From Malacoraja senta (Eukaryota), in NCBI GenBank assembly GCA_038087875.1, contig JAXLNO010003982.1, forward strand, positions 124,001 through 188,000: 64,000 nucleotides of DNA, read 5' to 3'. The notes below the pieces were generated by a model. That model was not told the origin of the DNA, searched no databases, and was given only the letters and a program-made list of their open reading frames with translations. A program made the position numbers and the translations under genes. Below are positions 58,911-64,000 of this stretch, piece by piece; position 1 is the first letter of the stretch, and every line of letters begins with the position of its first letter.

Positions 58911-59997
58911 ACTCCCCTTACCCTGGATAGAATATAAAACAAACTGATAGAATACAAAACAAACTGCTACAATACAAAACAAACTGCTACAATACAAAAC
59001 AAACTGCTACAATACAAAACAAACTGCTACAATACAAAACAAACTGCTACAATACAGTACAATCAGCAGGGATCTGACTCCCAATCAGCTGCTCTCTCTT
59101 ATCTGCGTCCACCAATCAGCGGCTTCCTCAAACCCACTTGTTTTTGAAGTGGAACGTTGCCGATTTGGGTTCCTTTTTAAGTCCTACCGCTCGGTTGTAG
59201 CTCCTCCCTCAGCGACCTCTCCAACGGCTTTCGGACCTCTGTTAGGAACAAGCCCCCGCGCTCCTTTTTAAGTCCTACCGCTCGGTTGTAGCTCCTCCCT
59301 CAGCGACCTCTCCAACGGCTTTCGGACCTCTGTAAGGAACAAGCCCCCGCGCTCCTTTTTAAGTCCTACCGCTCGGTTGTAGCTCCTCCCTCAGCGACCT
59401 CTCCAACGGCTTTCGGACCTCTGTAAGGAACAAGCCCCCGCGCTCCTTTTTAAGTCCTACCGCTCGGTTGTAGCTCCTCCCTCAGCGACCTCTCCAACGG
59501 CTTTCGGACCTCTGTAAGGAACAAGCCCCCGCGCTCCTTTTTAAGTCCTACCGCTCGGTTGTAGCTCCTCCCTCAGCGACCTCTCCAACGGCTTTCGGAC
59601 CTCTGTAAGGAACAAGCCCCCGCGCTCCTTTTTAAGTCCTACCGCTCGGTTGTAGCTCCTCCCTCAGCGATCTCTCCAACGGCTTTCGGACCTCTGAACA
59701 CCAGTCATGGTACACCAGTCATTGAAAGTAGGCATGCAGGTGCAGCAGGCAGTGAACAAAGCAAATGGTATGTTAGCTTTCATAGCAAAAGGATTTGAGT
59801 ATAGGAGCAGGGAGGTTCTACTGCAGTTGTACAGGTTCTTGGTGAGACCACACCTGGAGTATTGCATACAGTTTTGGTCTCCAAATCTGAGGAAGGACAT
59901 TATAGCCATAGAGGGAGTGCAGAGAAGGTTCACCAGACTGATTCCTGGGATGTCAGGCCTTTCATATGAAGAAAGACTGGATAGCCTTGGTTTACAC

Positions 59998-62900
59998 CGA
60001 CTTCCGGTGGTGCTATGGAGTAGGAGAGACTCGCGCCGACTAGCTCCGGGAAAAAAACGTTGAAAACGGGGGAAAACGGCACCGAGTGTTTGCAACAGGT
60101 CCGTGACGTCATCAGGCGCGCGACACCGACAGCATGTCGATTCAACATACCCCCCCCAAGACGAGAAAAACCGGCAAGGGAAAAGAGGTAGGCCCAACTG
60201 AAGCCTCGGGCATCCCAAGAAGATATCTCAAGGAAGAAAAAAACAGATGTGGAAGAATTAAGAACCTTCCTGACACAGGAAATCTCTAATATTATGAAAG
60301 AATTTAAAAATCTTAAACAGGAGCTGAAATCTTTAAAAGATGAAATTAAAGAACAAATTAAAGATGAGGTTACAGCTTCTGTGCATGAAGTTCTGGAAGA
60401 CTGGAAATTAACCATGGAAGAAAATATGCATCAAAATACTGAAGAAGTATATGATAAACTGAATTCGATGGAATCCAGATTTGATGCTAAGTTGGAGCCG
60501 ATCCTCCAGACTTTAAATCAACACCACGAGGCTGTAAAGGAATTGGAGGAAATTGCTGAGACGGGCACCGAAACAACAAATAAACTTATTGCCGAGACCA
60601 AACACCTATCGAAGTTATTACATCAAATAACCGAAAAATGTATTGACTTGGAGGGACGACAGTGACGTCAGAATTTAAGAATCGTAGGCGTCCAGGAAGG
60701 CAGAGAGGGGAATCGTGACCCTCGCGAATTTGCTGCAGATCTGCTGAAAAAAGTCTTGAAACTGGATCAAGCACCGTTAATTGCCCGAGCGCACAGAGTA
60801 TCAAGACGTCGCCCAGGGGTGGGCGCCCCCCCAAGACAACTGATAGTGAAGGTGCAATATGACCATGTTTTGGATGATATGATGAAGATAATTGTTCAAA
60901 GCAGAAACCTTGCATTTGAAGGAGACAAGATAAGCATATTTAGAGATTATCCTGTGGAAGTCGCCAAGAAGCGAGCGCTGTTTACAGAAACAAGAAGAAT
61001 ATTTAAGAATATAAACAATTTGAGATATGAACTGTTATATCCCGCAACATTAAGAGTGACCTATGAGCGGAAGGAACATTTCTTCGTCAAGCATACAGAG
61101 GCACTTGAATTTGCCCAGAGCATCGTGAATAAGACCGAAGATTGAATAATATTCTACACCCAACATTCACCTGAAGACAGTGGAAACTGTTATCCTGCAG
61201 AGAAGAGATGGAACTTTAAACTATAATTTTTAAGAACTGTCCCCATTCTTGCAGATTTTGTCCAAGATCTGCGGGAAGAATTGGGCAATTATCTCGCTAC
61301 CGATACATAAAATTTACATTTTAGTACTAATTTCTAACAATTAATTCTAATCACAAATACTAATCAATACTAATTATTGTTAACTGGACCAACTTAGAAT
61401 TGATTAAAAGTATGAAATATAAGTAAAGTGTGATCCAAGTAATTAATTAATAAAATATACGAAGTTTTGTCCTTGCTATTTTCGATATTTGGATATTTTG
61501 GACTTTGATTACTCTTTAACAATGTTTTTGATTACTCTTTAATAATGTTTTTTGATTACTCTTTAACAGTGTCTTCCCCTTTTTTAAATTTTTTTTAAAT
61601 TTAAACAAAAGAGGAAAAATATTTTTAGCTTGCTATATGATACTAACATTTTAATTGGAGACTAACAAATACTTCAATTATGGAATAAAACTATTGTTTC
61701 CCTCCCCCCCCTAAATTGTTTTCATTGTAATTGAAACTTTTCTTTTAAGGAAAGTACGGAGCTAGAAATATTTTTTTTTTAACAAAAGCTACGGAAGTCT
61801 TTAGATGTTTAGCCACACTAGGGTGGCTATCACTAACTGCACTAATCATAGTTGTAGTTTTCTTCTTTTTCTACTTTTTACACGTTACTAATACAACATT
61901 TTATTACCTTTTCTATCTTATGTTATATTATATTTTGTATTTGGAATGGAATTATATGTTTTATTTAAGGAGATATGTCCGGATGAAAAACCGACGAGAC
62001 TTAGAATTCATCTACCTGAGGTTCAAGTATAAGGTAGGGTTTAGTGCGCTGAGCCAGCTGCTCCAACATAGATCACTTTAATCACAAGATGCAAGACGTT
62101 AATATGAAAATTGGGGGTGAAGCAATTAAATTCTGTAGCTGGAATGTTAAGGGAATTAATGAACCAATCAAGAGAGGTAAAGTATTAGCCTATTTAAAAT
62201 CACTTAAAGCAGATGTAATATTTCTCCAGGAAACACATCTTAAAAAGGAAGCACAACAGATTGAAAGCCAATTGGATTGCTAAAACGTATCATTCTTCAT
62301 TTTCACATAAATCTAGAGGGGTTGCAATATTAATTCGTAAAGGTATACACTTTAAACATATATCAACGACAGAAGATATTGAAGGCAGATATATTGTATT
62401 AGTAGGGGAGTTATACTCATAAAAAGTGACTCTCCTTAATGTGTATGGACCAAATTTTGATAGCCCCCTGTTCTTTAAGAGAATACTTAACATTATCCCG
62501 GAATGTACACAACATAACTTAATTATCGGTAGAGACTTAAATTGTACACTGGATGCTTACTTGGATAGATCATCAAGTCAAAGAAAGTTAAAATCTCAGT
62601 CGGGAATTTCTAAATTCATATATTAATACTACCAACATTAAGGATGTTTGGAGAATTGAAAACCCATCTGGTCGAGAATACTCATTCTACTCACTCATGC
62701 ATAAAACTTACTCAAGGATAGACTATTTCTTAGTAGACTCTAAACTTATCCCATTTACCTATAATTCGCAATATCATAATATTATAATATCGGACCATGC
62801 TCCACTAACATTTATGATTAAACTAAACGGAATGACCGAGACAAAGACACAATGGAGACTTAACCCCCAAATCTTGAAAGAAAAGCTATGTAATGAATAC

Positions 62901-64000
62901 CTCGTAAAACAGATTAATATGTTTTTCGAGGCTAATGACAGCCCTGGAATCTCCGCCTCCCTTCTTTGGGAAACATTTAAAGCATTTGTGCAAGGAGCAT
63001 TAATCTCCTCCCAATCATTTATTAACAAAGAGAATAGGGCCAAACAACAGTCTTTGGAAATGGAAATAAGGCAATTAGACATAGAAAATGCAGTAGCACC
63101 ATCTATGGTAAAACACAATAAAATTGCAGTACTGAAATATAAGTTAAACAAGATATACTCAGACCAAGTAATAAAACTATATCAACGTACAAAACAATTA
63201 CATTTTGAATTTGGAGATAAACCACAAAAACTATTGGCGCGTCAACTTCGTAAACAGGACGGGGAAAAACAATTTACAAAATTAGATCAGATAAGGGAGA
63301 AACATTAACACTACCTAAAGATATTAATGATAGATTTTTACAATATTATCAAAAATTGTATTCATCTAAAACGACAGAACAACCAGTAGGAATGGAAATA
63401 TTTCTACAGAAATGTAATCTTACAGGTCTAGATCAGAAAGAGAGAGAATCACTAGATGTAGAAATTACGGTAAAAGACATCGAGGAGTCAATTAGATCTT
63501 TAAAAAATGGAAAGGCCGCAGGTCCTGATGGTCTAAGCTCTGAATTTTATTTTAAAAATTACGATCCGATTTCTCCACGTCTACAGAGACTTTACAAACA
63601 AGCTTATACTCAACAGAAACTTCCAGAAACTCTAAATGAATCTACAATCATACTTATACCGAAACCGGATAAGGACCCTGAAGACCCAGGTTCATATAGA
63701 GCAATAGCTCTCTTAAATATTGATCAGAAAATATTAACCAAAATCCTATCTCATAGATTGAGCTTAGTGATTAACAAATTAATACACCCGGACCAAACAG
63801 GTTTTATTCCAAAATGGTTACTCATTTTATAATTTGAGAAGACTATTCAATATTATATATACAAATAGAATTCCAAATGCAGATCTAGCAATTATTTCGT
63901 TAGATGCTGAAAAGGCATTTGACCAGGTAGAATGGACATATTTATTTTCGGTAATAAAAAATTTCAATTGGGAGAGAAGTACTGTACATGGGTTAAATTG
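59998..64000 (+). mobile_element. L1-clade LINE, 5'-intact but degenerate, inserted in the CR1 host; runs off the window
   Basis: Starts near GACTTCCGG. ORF1 about 60134-61145 (LEGRQ*RQNLRIVGV, RAHRV, IFRDYP, LLYPATLRV) with a frameshift and TGA. About 0.9-kb AT-rich spacer. ORF2 from 62089 (SWNVKGIN, FLQETH, SRIDYF, SDHAP, KAAGPDG, YRAIALLN, LDAEKAFD) with frameshifts. Confidence 0.9.

Larger units (their letters stand above)
54767..59696 (-). mobile_element. Full-length CR1 LINE, copy 2, both ORFs intact
   Basis: 91-bp monomer array (59170-59696), ORF1 57975-58910, ORF2 frame 54859-58158 with no stop, (CTATGTAT)n tail, GTCAT duplicated at both ends. Confidence 0.95.

Overview
Eukaryotic, repeat-saturated genomic DNA. 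The HE1/V-SINE-type SINEs, CR1, L2 and Penelope families point to a cartilaginous fish, probably a skate or ray (inference). The only host gene I can support is a divergent, nonclassical-looking MHC class I heavy-chain gene on the minus strand. Its exons are leader 10285-10336, alpha1 6093-6353, alpha2 1771-2045 and alpha3 294-566; the TM/cytoplasmic exons would lie left of the window. All splice sites are canonical and there is an X2-Y promoter module, but a 1-nt frameshift in alpha2 and a TAG stop in alpha3 make it a probable recent pseudogene or null allele. The remaining ~53 kb is stacked transposons: (1) a young non-coding LTR element in intron 2; (2) two >99% identical full-length CR1 LINEs in inverted orientation (26020-31220 +, 54767-59696 -; the second has intact ORFs), with element-specific 5' monomer arrays; (3) a hAT inserted in a CR1 and itself hit by an L1; (4) a hAT-Charlie/Buster element with mismatched flanks inside a BEL/Pao relic; (5) L2, RTE, DIRS, Gypsy and L1 relics; (6) many Penelope terminal repeats carrying a minimal hammerhead-ribozyme-like core. 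There is an assembly gap at 44504-44677. Most repeat boundaries are approximate, read by eye.
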